Source of the DNA: Octopus bimaculoides
Lineage: Eukaryota
NCBI RefSeq assembly: GCF_001194135.2
Contig: NC_069001.1
Coordinates: 37,058,165-37,122,164, forward strand
Direction of reading: 5' to 3'
DNA: 64,000 bases
The notes under the pieces are model-generated. The model saw only the letters and a list, made by a program, of their open reading frames with translations, searched no databases and was not told the origin of the DNA. Every line of letters begins with the position of its first letter. Within the stretch, counting starts at the first letter, position 1. Shown in pieces: positions 53,873 through 64,000 of the stretch. The translations under genes and the position numbers were made by a program.

Positions 53873-54947
53873 AGGGCTTTCCTATAAGTAGGTTATCTCC
53901 CTTGGCTAGGCGGCGCTCCATGTAGACAAACTTCCGCAGACTATCCACGCTAGTGTTATTGTTTCGATGATTCAGCTATCGAAGTACTTACTGTGCCCAA
54001 GTTAAAGAAATATTTAAGATTATATGGACAGTATGTTACTGGAAGGAAGGCGGACTTGACTGAAAGGTATAAAAATTCTGTCAATGAAGAATGTCAACAA
54101 AGTAAATTCATCGGACGATACTTCAGACAGGAATAAGCAGAAGCTTATATCTCCTCTCGGTGAAGTATTGCCTGATATAATTTTAATCATCGGATTTTTT
54201 TAATATGCTAGACCACTGGTTCTAATTGATTAATATTAATTTCTACCCTTATTAATATATATATATATANNNNNNNNNNNNNNNNNNNNNNNNNNNNNNN
54301 NNNNNNNNNNNNNNNNNNNNNNNNNNNNNNNNNNNNNNNNNNNNNNNNNNNNNNNNNNNNNNNNNNNNNNNNNNNNNNNNNNNNNNNNNNNNNNNNNNNN
54401 NNNNNNNNNNNNNNNNNNNNNNNNNNNNNNNNNNNNNNNNNNNNNNNNNNNNNNNNNNNNNNNNNNNNNNNNNNNNNNNNNNNNNNNNNNNNNNNNNNNN
54501 NNNNNNNNNNNNNNNNNNNNNNNNNNNNNNNNNNNNNNNNNNNNNNNNNNNNNNNNNNNNNNNNNNNNNNNNNNNNNNNNNNNNNNNNNNNNNNNNNNNN
54601 NNNNNNNNNNNNNNNNNNNNNNNNNNNNNNNNNNNNNNNNNNNNNNNNNNNNNNNCGGATGGCAAGGGGTGATCTTTCGATGGCCCATTAAAATTGACGA
54701 AATGCTGGGAACACATTTGGCTATTTGCAGTGTAAACAAAGTCTTTCCTCACAAGTCTCGATCTCTGAAGCCAAATACGACGAATAGCTACGTTTGCAGG
54801 ATATCTATGTAGCGAAATAACTTTGCCGAACCGGTCAGTGCAGTATGTGAGTCGTCTGCGGAAGTTAAAGCAAGTCACTGAGCGTGCGTACATGTCATAT
54901 GGGAGAGTTCCAATCAGGGGTGATTAACAACCTTATAGGAACCCCCT
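53873..54947. mobile_element. THAP + SAP DNA transposon (ISL2EU/PIF-Harbinger-like) in Z9 intron, spanning a gap
   Basis: Imperfect TIRs AGGGCTTTCCTATAAG / CTTATAGGAACCCCCT flanked by AT (or TA); SAP-like frame on plus at 53975-54067; THAP domain on minus at 54893-54657. Confidence 0.7.
54657..54893 (-). CDS. THAP-type zinc-finger domain (transposase N-terminus), runs into the gap
   Basis: ATG..C....C..SLHRYP..W..MCSQHF..P pattern of THAP domains; open up to the N-run. Confidence 0.65.
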
Positions 54948-55392
54948 ATAACCCACAGATGCACCATCACGCTAACATTAGATACGTTAAACTACGCAGT
55001 AGAGAACGATAACATTCAGCCCTCTTTCCAAGAACGTGCTTCGTCGTTGTTTATAGCCCTAAGTTAATCCCGACTGAGCAGACCTGTGGGCAATGTCAAT
55101 TTCTTACCAGGGATGTCACAAATTTTATGACTGATCAAATAAGGAACATTGTGTTAATGAAAGTAGAAACGATGTTTGAAGGGGAAAATATCAATAAAAA
55201 TACCTCGTATTAATTACAACTGTTATCAGGAAGTCAGTGACGGTGGTGGCGTTGCTGAAGAGAATCATCTATAGATTATCATAGATAAATATATTATAAC
55301 ATTCAAACTTATTAATTATCCTTTAGAAATAAAGCGATCCACTTAAAATTCAAAGTAAGACTACAGCAACCATCAGGTTGAAAGGCCGAATT

Positions 55393-55414
55393 CAACTTCC
55401 GGTTGAACATGCGC
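55393..55414 (-). promoter_or_regulatory. Conserved upstream element, copy 8 (Z9)
   Basis: CAACTTCCGGTTGAACATGCGC (canonical ETS core variant); donor ACGAG|GTATTT at 55204/55203; acceptor at 53583-53582. Confidence 0.8.
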
Positions 55415-55822
55415 ATTCTAGATTGCCAGATGGGTGGGGTTAAACAGAAATAAGGACACGTTCTTTTTCAAACATATTCTGTAGCTTTTAATATAACAAT
55501 TACTAAAAGTACTAAAAGAAAGCAACCATTTAAGGGTTGACCGTCCGGAAATATTTTTATAAATTCATGTTCTTAGAAATTTCCTATAATTTCGATTTCT
55601 CAAGTTTATTGAATTGTTTTAACTCCAATTTCTTGCAAATTTAAATATTCACTGCGTCCAATTCACCACATTATTAAATAGTGGTGCTGGTCGATCGTCA
55701 CCGCGCCACAAAAAGCGAACTTTCGGAATGGTTTTTTTTTTTTTTTTTTCCCAGCGGATTCATAGGTTTTCGATGACGAAGATTCCGAATATGCAAAACA
55801 TCACGTTTTCAACATTTTAAAT

Positions 55823-56873
55823 GGATCTTTGGGGTTTGACGGGCAACATTTTTTTTGTGTGGTGTGTGCGTACGAGTAGATGTAATCGCCTTACCTCGGT
55901 TTTCCTTTCGTCGACTGCGAGTCTGTCTTGCGGTATCCAATCCTTGAAGCTTGCCCCGAACCAAAGAACACCAGGAATAGCAGCTGCTTCTCCCAAACCT
56001 AGACCGTCGCTTAACACATCTTGTCCTGACCACAACCCCGTTCGAAAAGGGCACGAATCCCGATCGAGGCTCCCTCTGCTCTTTTTCCTCTTCCGGTCAG
56101 CCTCCCTAGACACTGACATCATACCACATTTTGTAGTGTTTTTGGTACCGAAACACTTTCAAACTTCGTATACTTGTATATTTTGTGGTATAGAACAGAT
56201 AAAAAATGTTTGTATTCGAAGTTATTTCACGTTAAAAATTGTCTTATTTCGATAATTTCAACCAATCACTGACGTCTATTCAGTTGAATACAGTAACTGC
56301 TGTAACGGTGTATATGGTATTAATCCTCGTTAGTTCTGACATTTCCGATTAACTAGACTGTTCGTAAACACGCGTGTTGCTCAGTTTATTTTTTCATTTG
56401 ATTTGTTCTTGCTTAATCCTATCCCTAAATAGAGTTTGATTTGAAGAAGATTTGGCTGCTATTTCTAGGAAATGAAGCACTTGGTGGAGGTGCATTAATA
56501 ACAGACACGCACAGCGTAATTTATTATATAAACAATATTTGCGTATGAATTACCATTTTTCTGCAATTTTGTCTGTTTCAAAAGAAAACAAACCAAAAAA
56601 ACCGGATGAAATATGTCAGGGGAATAACATTTTTCTTACCGGTCAAAAGCTGCTGCTTAGAAAACAGTAGTAACTGTATTCAGCTGAATAGACGTCAGTG
56701 ATTGGTTGAAATTACAGAAATACGACAACTTTAACATGGAATAACTTGCGATGTACAAAATTTTGTTAAGAAGGTTAAGAGAAGTTGTTTTATATGACAC
56801 ATTCTACCAATGTCCCAAGTTTGAAAGTGTTTCGTTAAGAAAACAAATGTTGCCCGTCAAACCCCAAAGATCC
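55823..56873. mobile_element. Non-autonomous GGATC-terminal DNA transposon, Merlin-like
   Basis: 29-bp TIR GGATCTTTGGGGTTTGACGGGCAACATTT; 8-bp TSD TTTTAAAT; internal sequence related to 17767-18415. Confidence 0.88.
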
Positions 56874-57049
56874 TTTTAAATTCCACCCCACACGCAATTT
56901 TTTAAAATTTTAAACTTTTTTTCGATTTTTTTTTTCAGTCTCCGTGGAAATTTCGAACCTGGGTTCTCTTTCCTAAGGTATTATTATTATTATTGTTCAG
57001 GTCACTGGAATCTTGTATAATTTTATTAGATATTCTTTATATATACATA

Positions 57050-57290
57050 TAGTGGTTAAGAGCGCGGGCTACTAACCCCAAGATTCCGAGTTCGATTCCA
57101 ATCAGTGACCTGAACAATAATAATAACAATATTGAAAAATACCTAAGGAAATTTCCCCAAGACACCTGAAGAAGGCTGGAGGGTATATCAGCCGAAACAT
57201 TGTGTTAACATCAAGCAAGATAAGGACAAATATCCGTCGAATGTAAATAATGTACATAATTCCTTGTCTCTTCAATATAGAACTGTATGT
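57050..57290 (+). mobile_element. tRNA-derived SINE
   Basis: A box GTGGTTAAG, B box GAGTTCGATTCC, (AAT)n, then CTGAAGAAGG..GCCGAAAC tail. Confidence 0.65.
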
Positions 57291-57491
57291 AAAACATGTT
57301 TTCATTGAGCCGTAGAGATTATTGGGTGCGCACCCATTTTTTGCTGGGTGGCGAGGAGTGTGTGCATCAATTTTGGAAGTATGTTAAAGTTTTTAGTGAA
57401 TGGATGACGGAGAATTATTTAAAATCTCATTTGCTTCTATGAGAATAGGTTGCTTTTAATGTGAAAAAACAAGGCCGACATATACAACAAG

Positions 57492-57663
57492 GGTACTACT
57501 AACGCAGTCGCGCGTCCGCGTAAGCTAGTCATGAGTGGTCGATCCTACAAAAAGTGCGCGTGCACAAATGAATACATGTGGTTGGGGTTGGGATCGACCA
57601 CTCACGACTAGCTAGTGCGGCCGCGCGACTGCGCGTTTGGGACCACGCCGCTTTAGTAGTACC
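57492..57663. mobile_element. Palindromic GGTAC-terminal MITE, same family as 165..326
   Basis: GGTACTACT...AGTAGTACC ends; 9-bp TSD TACAACAAG at 57483..57491 and 57664..57672. Confidence 0.85.
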
Positions 57664-57838
57664 TACAACAAGTATGTAAGACATGTTTCACTCGTTTTCA
57701 GTCGATCATTTTCAGTGTAGAGATTGGCGCGCACGCGCATCCTTTTTTGATGGGTGTGGATCAAATTTGGACTTTTTTTTAATATAAAATTTGAAATCAA
57801 TTAAATTTTTCTTTACCATATTGTTAATCTCCGTATTC

Positions 57839-58343
57839 GGATCTATTTTAAAACGGGGGCGCCAGTATTTTCTTAACGAAACACTTTGAAACTTGGGACA
57901 CTGACAACCAATCACTGACGTCTATTCAGCTGAATAGAGTTACTGCTGGGCGGTCATAAAAATGTTATTCCCTGTGACATATTTCATCCGGTTTAATCGT
58001 AATTTATACGCATATATTGTTTATATAATAAATTACGCTGTGCGTATCTATGTGTGTAACAATTTTAGAGTTAGGGTTACGGTTAACAGTCTAGTTAGGG
58101 TTAGGGGATTAATACGATATACACCGTTACAGCGCTAACTGTTTTCAACTGAATAGACGTCAGTGATTAGTAGAAATTATCGAAATAAGACAATTTTTTA
58201 CGTGAAATAAATTCGAATACAAAAATATTTTTCTGTTCTATAACACAAAATAGATAAGTATACGAAGTTTGAAAGTCTTTCCATACCAAAAACACTACAT
58301 AAAACATAAATGAAAACTGGCGCCCCCGTTTTAAAATAGATCC
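57839..58343. mobile_element. Non-autonomous GGATC-terminal DNA transposon, third copy
   Basis: 27-bp perfect TIR GGATCTATTTTAAAACGGGGGCGCCAG; internal TTAGGG repeats; TSD not clearly retained. Confidence 0.8.
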
Positions 58344-58349
58344 CAAATT

Positions 58350-58470
58350 CTGTCAAAGTCGTCTTAACCGTTCGGGGTCGATAAATTAAGTACCAGTTCC
58401 GCACTGGAGTCGATCTAACCGACTTGCCCCCTCCCTCAAAATTTCGGGCCTTGTGCCTACAGTAGAAAAA
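58350..58470 (+). mobile_element. SINE core/tail fragment
   Basis: GGGGTCGATAAATTAAGTACCAG..GAGTCGAT..AAATTTCGGGCCTTGTGCC; related tails at ~53745-53780 and ~63950-64000. Confidence 0.6.
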
Positions 58471-61387
58471 ATTTTATGTACTTACATTTCAAGTTTCGCT
58501 CCAAGTCTATTTTTTACATTTCCCCAATTATTCTCAGTCCATTGTCAGACGCACGTCCGAATTGTTCAGGGATTCCACTGACTCAGAGAGTCCAATGACT
58601 GGGTAGTAAGTGTAGTTGATTGATGCTACGTGAAATTGCTGAATAAACATTAAAACACTACGTAAATCCAATTGAAATACATTCCTTCCTTCAAAATGTT
58701 GCTTATAAAATGTATAGTGGTCAGAGTGAAAGAATGAGATGCAGAAAGAGGATGTGTGGACAAATCTACGTTTGCAAAAGTATTCAGAATAATATGGAAA
58801 AATGCAGTACGTTAGCAGGTGAAGATGGCCTTCTGTTTATGACTTCCCTACATTGGTTGACAAAGATATCTCTGGGTTGAAAGTAATTGATAGAGGAAAA
58901 GCAGACAAATTGATATTATCGCGGCCGATAGAACTAATTGTCTAGCTTGACAGCAACTGTTGGAGAAACATTATCTAGCAGTAATTCTTGATGCTAAAGG
59001 AAAGCTATAGTTGACCACTGATTTTGCGTGTGCGCAGTGACAAAGACGAGATGCGTCTTAGGGCATTTAGTCGATTCTCTGTTTGTGTGACATAGAGGCG
59101 ACATGACTTCGTTCATCACGTGTCGTGCTCTGTGTGCTCAGGCTACATTGGCTTGTACATATGGCAAGACTGACCAGCTTTACTAAGAGCTATAATGTAT
59201 TCTCTATGTGAGAACAATGGCAAAGTGATCTACGGTTTTGTTCTTTCAGGTGAATTTCTTCTGGTGGGGTTAGAGATCAAGTGGCGAAAACATTAATCAA
59301 CTAAAGATAGCCATTGTTTTAGCTGTCAGCATGTGTGGTGTTATTGTTCTTAACTAAAAACAATAGCATTACCTAGCTAGGGGGGAAACTAATGATTTGG
59401 TTTCAAATCTAATGCTAGCTGGTCTTCAAACGAAAATGTATTCCACGCATCCGTTACAACTGTTTCGTCATCTTCATTGGATGAGTTGAGTTGTTCAGGT
59501 AAACGTTTCTATCTACAGTTTATCAATATAGAAGAAATGTAGTAAAATGTCCACTTTTGAATGTCTGTAGGAGGAATTCCAACCACGTTTCACGGTTCGC
59601 TACCTGAACAGCTCCCTTATAGGATCCAGTGGGTAAGGCCATCATCAGTACTTGCTGGTAGCCCTCAGTAACCAGCGGCAGCTGTCATGTGACATAATCT
59701 AAGCTTCACCTGATCAATGGGGGGTAAGGGCACATTGTTTTGGCCTGCGTCCTTTCTTGACCTACCTTCCAACAGAGTCGTTTTTGTTTCAGTTCCAGCT
59801 GACTAGCTGTCTGGTGGTACAAGCCTTTGAACTGTTGGGGAGGTGCAATGAATGAGATGCTTTCCTTGGCTCACCTGTTAAGCAACAGTGCTGTTTAGGT
59901 GCCAGCCAGCCAGCCTCTCTTAGTGACGCTATTTCCCAGTCGGCATGTTATGGATTTTGAGCTGTTTCGGGTCAATTAGTTTTAGCCATATATAGAAGCT
60001 GGCTTTCTCAACTGCCTCCATAAATTCATTTGATAGATAGATATATGAGAATCGGTTTCTTGTTTGTTAAACATTTACATCATTCGAAGTATTTGTTTAA
60101 TTTCCTCAGAAAGACATGTTAGCAAAGAAATCATTTTTGGCATTCAAAATTTGGTTAATGTTTACAATATTACCCGGAAACAAAAAAAAAGTAGTGCAAC
60201 GTACATAAAGAAAAGAACGCGTAGGAAACGAATATGAAAAAAAAAAATGCGCAGAAATGAACGGTGGGGAGGACTTCGGAAAATACACAGGATCCAAGTT
60301 TTTTCCTCATAACTTTTGGGAAACATTTTTTTTCTTTTCATGATATTTTACATACATACCTTTCAACTGGCATAGATAACGATTATAAAGAAATTTGTGG
60401 GAAAATCTTTTTGGAAGGGTGGGGAAAGGACTTCGGAAAATTCACAAGATCTGAGTTTTTTGCCCATAACTTGGTGATAGTTTATCGTGGATAGCAGGTA
60501 TAAATCCAAATTTTACGAATTCCTCTGAATCTGCATAACTACAGATTTCTGCGCCACCAAATTTGGATGATAATAACTTTCAGAAAAATGAATGTTTTTA
60601 ATGAAATTGTCCACGAATATGTGTGTAGCGTACGACTTAAGGGAAATTGCTCTCTCTCAGTTATATATACATGAATACGGACGTAGTGGATAACAGCTAG
60701 CCTTCGGCCACACTTTGGACCCTGTTATGTCCACTATTCTGATTGGTTGGTATTGGTGCAATTTGTCTCTTGCTCTACTGCGTGCCAATAGGCAACCCAA
60801 CCAATCACAGCTTCAGATAAGGTAACATGTGACAGTCTCTTCTAAACTTCCAGTGAGCAGACTGCACGCTCTAAAACTTCAGCGACACAACGAGTTGAGG
60901 TCTTTCGGTTCGAGACATTTTGAGGTCTAGCCACTGACCACAGAGCACACGGTCAGTNNNNNNNNNNNNNNNNNNNNNNNNNNNNNNNNNNNNNNNNNNN
61001 NNNNNNNNNNNNNNNNNNNNNNNNNNNNNNNNNNNNNNNNNNNNNNNNNNNNNNNNNNNNNNNNNNNNNNNNNNNNNNNNNNNNNNNNNNNNNNNNNNNN
61101 NNNNNNNNNNNNNNNNNNNNNNNNNNNNNNNNNNNNNNNNNNNNNNNNNNNNNNNNNNNNNNNNNNNNNNNNNNNNNNNNNNNNNNNNNNNNNNNNNNNN
61201 NNNNNNNNNNNNNNNNNNNNNNNNNNNNNNNNNNNNNNNNNNNNNNNNNNNNTAGCATGGAAAACAGAAGTTAAGTGATAATGAGGACCAACAAGCAAAA
61301 GAAAAAAAAAAGTAATTGGATCAACAAACGTTCAGTTGAACCAGTTATTAGATTTTATTGGCATACAAGCTGAATTACGATACAGGA

Positions 61388-61616
61388 TCACACGTCCTTA
61401 TGAACACTGATATGTCTCTCAGCAAATGATTTACCACACACATCACATTGATGTGGTTTCTCTCCTATATGAACACGTCTGTGCTTCGTCAATTGACTAC
61501 TTTCAGAGAATGACTTACGACAGATATCACAGTGATGCGGCTTCTCTCCTGTATGAAGACATCTGTGTACAGTTAACTCACTACTTATAATGAAAATGAT
61601 TTACTACATATCACAG
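61388..61616 (-). pseudogene. Frameshifted tail of Z10 (about 3 decayed fingers)
   Basis: After GAGAAGAC|ATGA (2-nt deletion) the sequence resumes ..[55 protein letters not shown]. Confidence 0.8.
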
Positions 61617-63398
61617 TCATGTCTTCTCTCCTGTATGAATACGTTTATGTCTAGTCAAGTGACTACTTACAGGGAATGATTTACCACAGATATCACAGTC
61701 ATATGGCTTCTCTCCAGTATGAGTACGTTTATGGTAAGTTAAGTTACTACTTCCAGAGTATGATTTACCACAGATACGACAGTCATATGGCTTCTCTCCT
61801 GTATGAATATATTTATGGTAAGTTAAGTTACTACTTAGAAAGAAGGATTTACCACAGATATCACATTCATATGGCTTTTCTCCAGTATGAACACGTCTGT
61901 GTATAGTTAAGTCACTACTTCGAAAGAATGATTTATCACAGATATCACAGTCATATGGCTTCTCTCCTGTATGAATACGTTTATGGTAAGTTAAGCTACC
62001 ACTTTGCGAGAATGATTTACCACAGATATCACAGTGATATGGCTTCTCTCCTGTATGAATACGTCTGTGTATAGTTAAATTACGACTTCGAAAGAACGAT
62101 TTACCACAGATGCGACAGCCATATGGCTTCTCTCTTGTATGAATCTGTTTATGGTAAGTTAAGTTACTACTTACAGAGTATGATTTACCACAGATATCAC
62201 AGTGATATGGCTTCTCTCCTGTATGAATACGTCTGTGTACAGTTAATTCACTACTTTGAAAGAATGATTTACCACAGATACGACAGTCATATGGCTTCTC
62301 TCCTGTATGAATACGTTTATGGCAAGTTAAGTTACCACTTTGAGAGAATGATTTACCGCAGATATCACAATGGTATGGTTTCTCTCCTGTATGAATGCGT
62401 CTGTGTTTAGTCAAAGCACTGCTTCCAGAGAATGATTTACCACAGATATCACAGTCATATGGCTTTTCTCCTGTATGAGTACGTTTATGGTCAGTTAAGT
62501 GACTACTTACAGAGAATGATTTACCACAGACATCACAGTGATATGGCTTCTCTCCTGTATGAATACGTTTATGTATAGTCAAGTGACTACTTACAGAGAA
62601 TGATTTACCACAGATATCACAGTCATATGGCTTCTCTCCTGTATGAATACGTTTATGTGCAGTCAAGTGACCACTTATAGAGTATGATTTACCACAGACA
62701 TCACAATCATATGGCTTCTCTCCTGTATGAATATATTTATGGTAAGTTAAGCTACTACTTTGAGAGAATGATTTACCACAGATATCACAGTGATATGGCT
62801 TCTCTCCTGTATGACTACGTCTGTGTACAGTTAATTCACTACTTTGAAAGAATGATCTACCACAGATACGACAGTCATATGGCTTCTCTCCTGTATGAAT
62901 ATGTTTATGGTAAGTTAAGTTACTACTTAGAAAGAAGGATTTACCACAGATATCACAGTCATATGGCTTTTCTCCTGTATGAGTACGTTTATGGTTAGTT
63001 AAGCTACTTACCCAAGAGAATGATTTACCACAGACATCACAGTGATATGGCTTCTCTCCCGTGTGAATACGTCTGTGTTTAGTTAACTCACTATTTCGAA
63101 AGAACGATTTGCCACAGAGATCACAGTGATGTGGCTTCTCTCCTGTATGAATATGTTTGTGTGCAGTTAACTCACTTCTTTGAAAGAAGGATTCCCCACA
63201 CACATCACAGTCATATGGCATCTCTCCTGTATGAATACGTCTGTGAGTTGTAAAGTTACATTTATAATAGAATGACTTGTTACAAATATCACACCGATAT
63301 GATATTTTCCTCTTTTCCATCTTAATATCATTGGGGAAATTCATCCTTTGCCTCTGTGTATTATATTGGGCTTTGTTTTCACACATTTCGTTTTCCAT
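61617..63398 (-). CDS. C2H2 zinc-finger protein Z10, 20 fingers
   Basis: 63401 is TTG; ATG at 63398 (MENEMCEN); acceptor at 63692-63691; promoter expected beyond the window end. Confidence 0.94.
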   Translation of the reverse strand: MENEMCENKAQYNTQRQRMNFPNDIKMEKRKISYRCDICNKSFYYKCNFTTHRRIHTGEMPYDCDVCGESFFQRSELTAHKHIHTGEKPHHCDLCGKSFFRNSELTKHRRIHTGEKPYHCDVCGKSFSWVSSLTNHKRTHTGEKPYDCDICGKSFFLSSNLTYHKHIHTGEKPYDCRICGRSFFQSSELTVHRRSHTGEKPYHCDICGKSFSQSSSLTYHKYIHTGEKPYDCDVCGKSYSISGHLTAHKRIHTGEKPYDCDICGKSFSVSSHLTIHKRIHTGEKPYHCDVCGKSFSVSSHLTDHKRTHTGEKPYDCDICGKSFSGSSALTKHRRIHTGEKPYHCDICGKSFSQSGNLTCHKRIHTGEKPYDCRICGKSFFQSSELTVHRRIHTGEKPYHCDICGKSYSVSSNLTYHKQIHTREKPYGCRICGKSFFRSRNLTIHRRIHTGEKPYHCDICGKSFSQSGSLTYHKRIHTGEKPYDCDICDKSFFRSSDLTIHRRVHTGEKPYECDICGKSFFLSSNLTYHKYIHTGEKPYDCRICGKSYSGSSNLTYHKRTHTGEKPYDCDICGKSFPVSSHLTRHKRIHTGEKT

Positions 63399-64000
63399 CA
63401 ATCTTTATCTCTTTCCACAATATAGATGTTTTTCTTTTTGTTCTGCTATATTTCCATCAACTGTGATCTTGATTAATATTTGAAGATGCAGCGAACTCCT
63501 TTGTAATCCAATTTTAATTAGAATATAAATTCATCTTCTACACATTCCAAACAGAAAAGACAGGAAATTCAGCTATTAATCTCTATTTTTTTATGGTAAT
63601 GTTTTCCATAGAGTTTTTCTGTCCTAACAAGTTAATAAATATTGATGGATCTCAGGCAAATAATTCTTTTATGGCAACATCATCTACATTCTGAAATAAA
63701 AAGAGAACAAATATAGAATATAGAGAATATTTCTATAAAAAGTAGACGTTTTACTACATTTCTTTTATGTGTTTCAAATTTTTGGCCTAATCTCTGGTAG
63801 CGCTTCATTTTAAGAACCCCAAAACAGTGAAAGACAAAGCAGACCTCAATGAGGTGTGCAAAGGGAGAGACAAAATGCTGCGAAGCATTTTATCTGATGG
63901 ACTAAGGATTTTGACTACTCCCCACCTGAAGAACAATGGAAAATCCTTTCTAATATAGGCACAAGGCCTGAAAATCTGGGGATAGGGAAAGTCAATTATA

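Noticed and set aside
57050-57110. tRNA gene
   Set aside because: A and B boxes are present but there is no full cloverleaf; it continues into a SINE body.

Overview
AT-rich eukaryotic DNA with six assembly gaps. It holds a tandem cluster of ten multi-C2H2 zinc-finger genes (Z1-Z10; 12-29 finger units each, about 185 in total; eight on the minus strand, two on plus), plus the 5' non-coding end of an eleventh gene at the left edge. The [15 protein letters not shown]-type arrays sit in a single coding exon with no KRAB/SCAN/ZAD/BTB domain, and the SINE/RTE landscape suggests a cephalopod, probably Octopus (inference, not verified). The genes share one architecture: a conserved 22-bp upstream element (sense consensus GCGCATGTTCAACCGGATATTG), a short non-coding exon 1, an intron ending in a conserved TATTTCAG acceptor, then exon 2 with 5'UTR, a ~30-aa acidic leader (MENE..CE...KTES...F) and the finger array. 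The element occurs exactly once per tandem gene and once between each head-to-head pair. The cluster shows birth-and-death turnover: lost or broken start codons (Z5, Z9), decayed finger tails behind most stop codons, an orphan 5' module of a deleted paralog fused to Z7, and a transposon insertion that supplies the Z4 stop codon. Intergenic and intronic DNA carries Merlin-like MITEs (8-9 bp TSDs), a THAP+SAP ISL2EU-like element, Tc1/mariner, LINE and SINE fragments. All of this was read by eye; no alignments or database searches were run.
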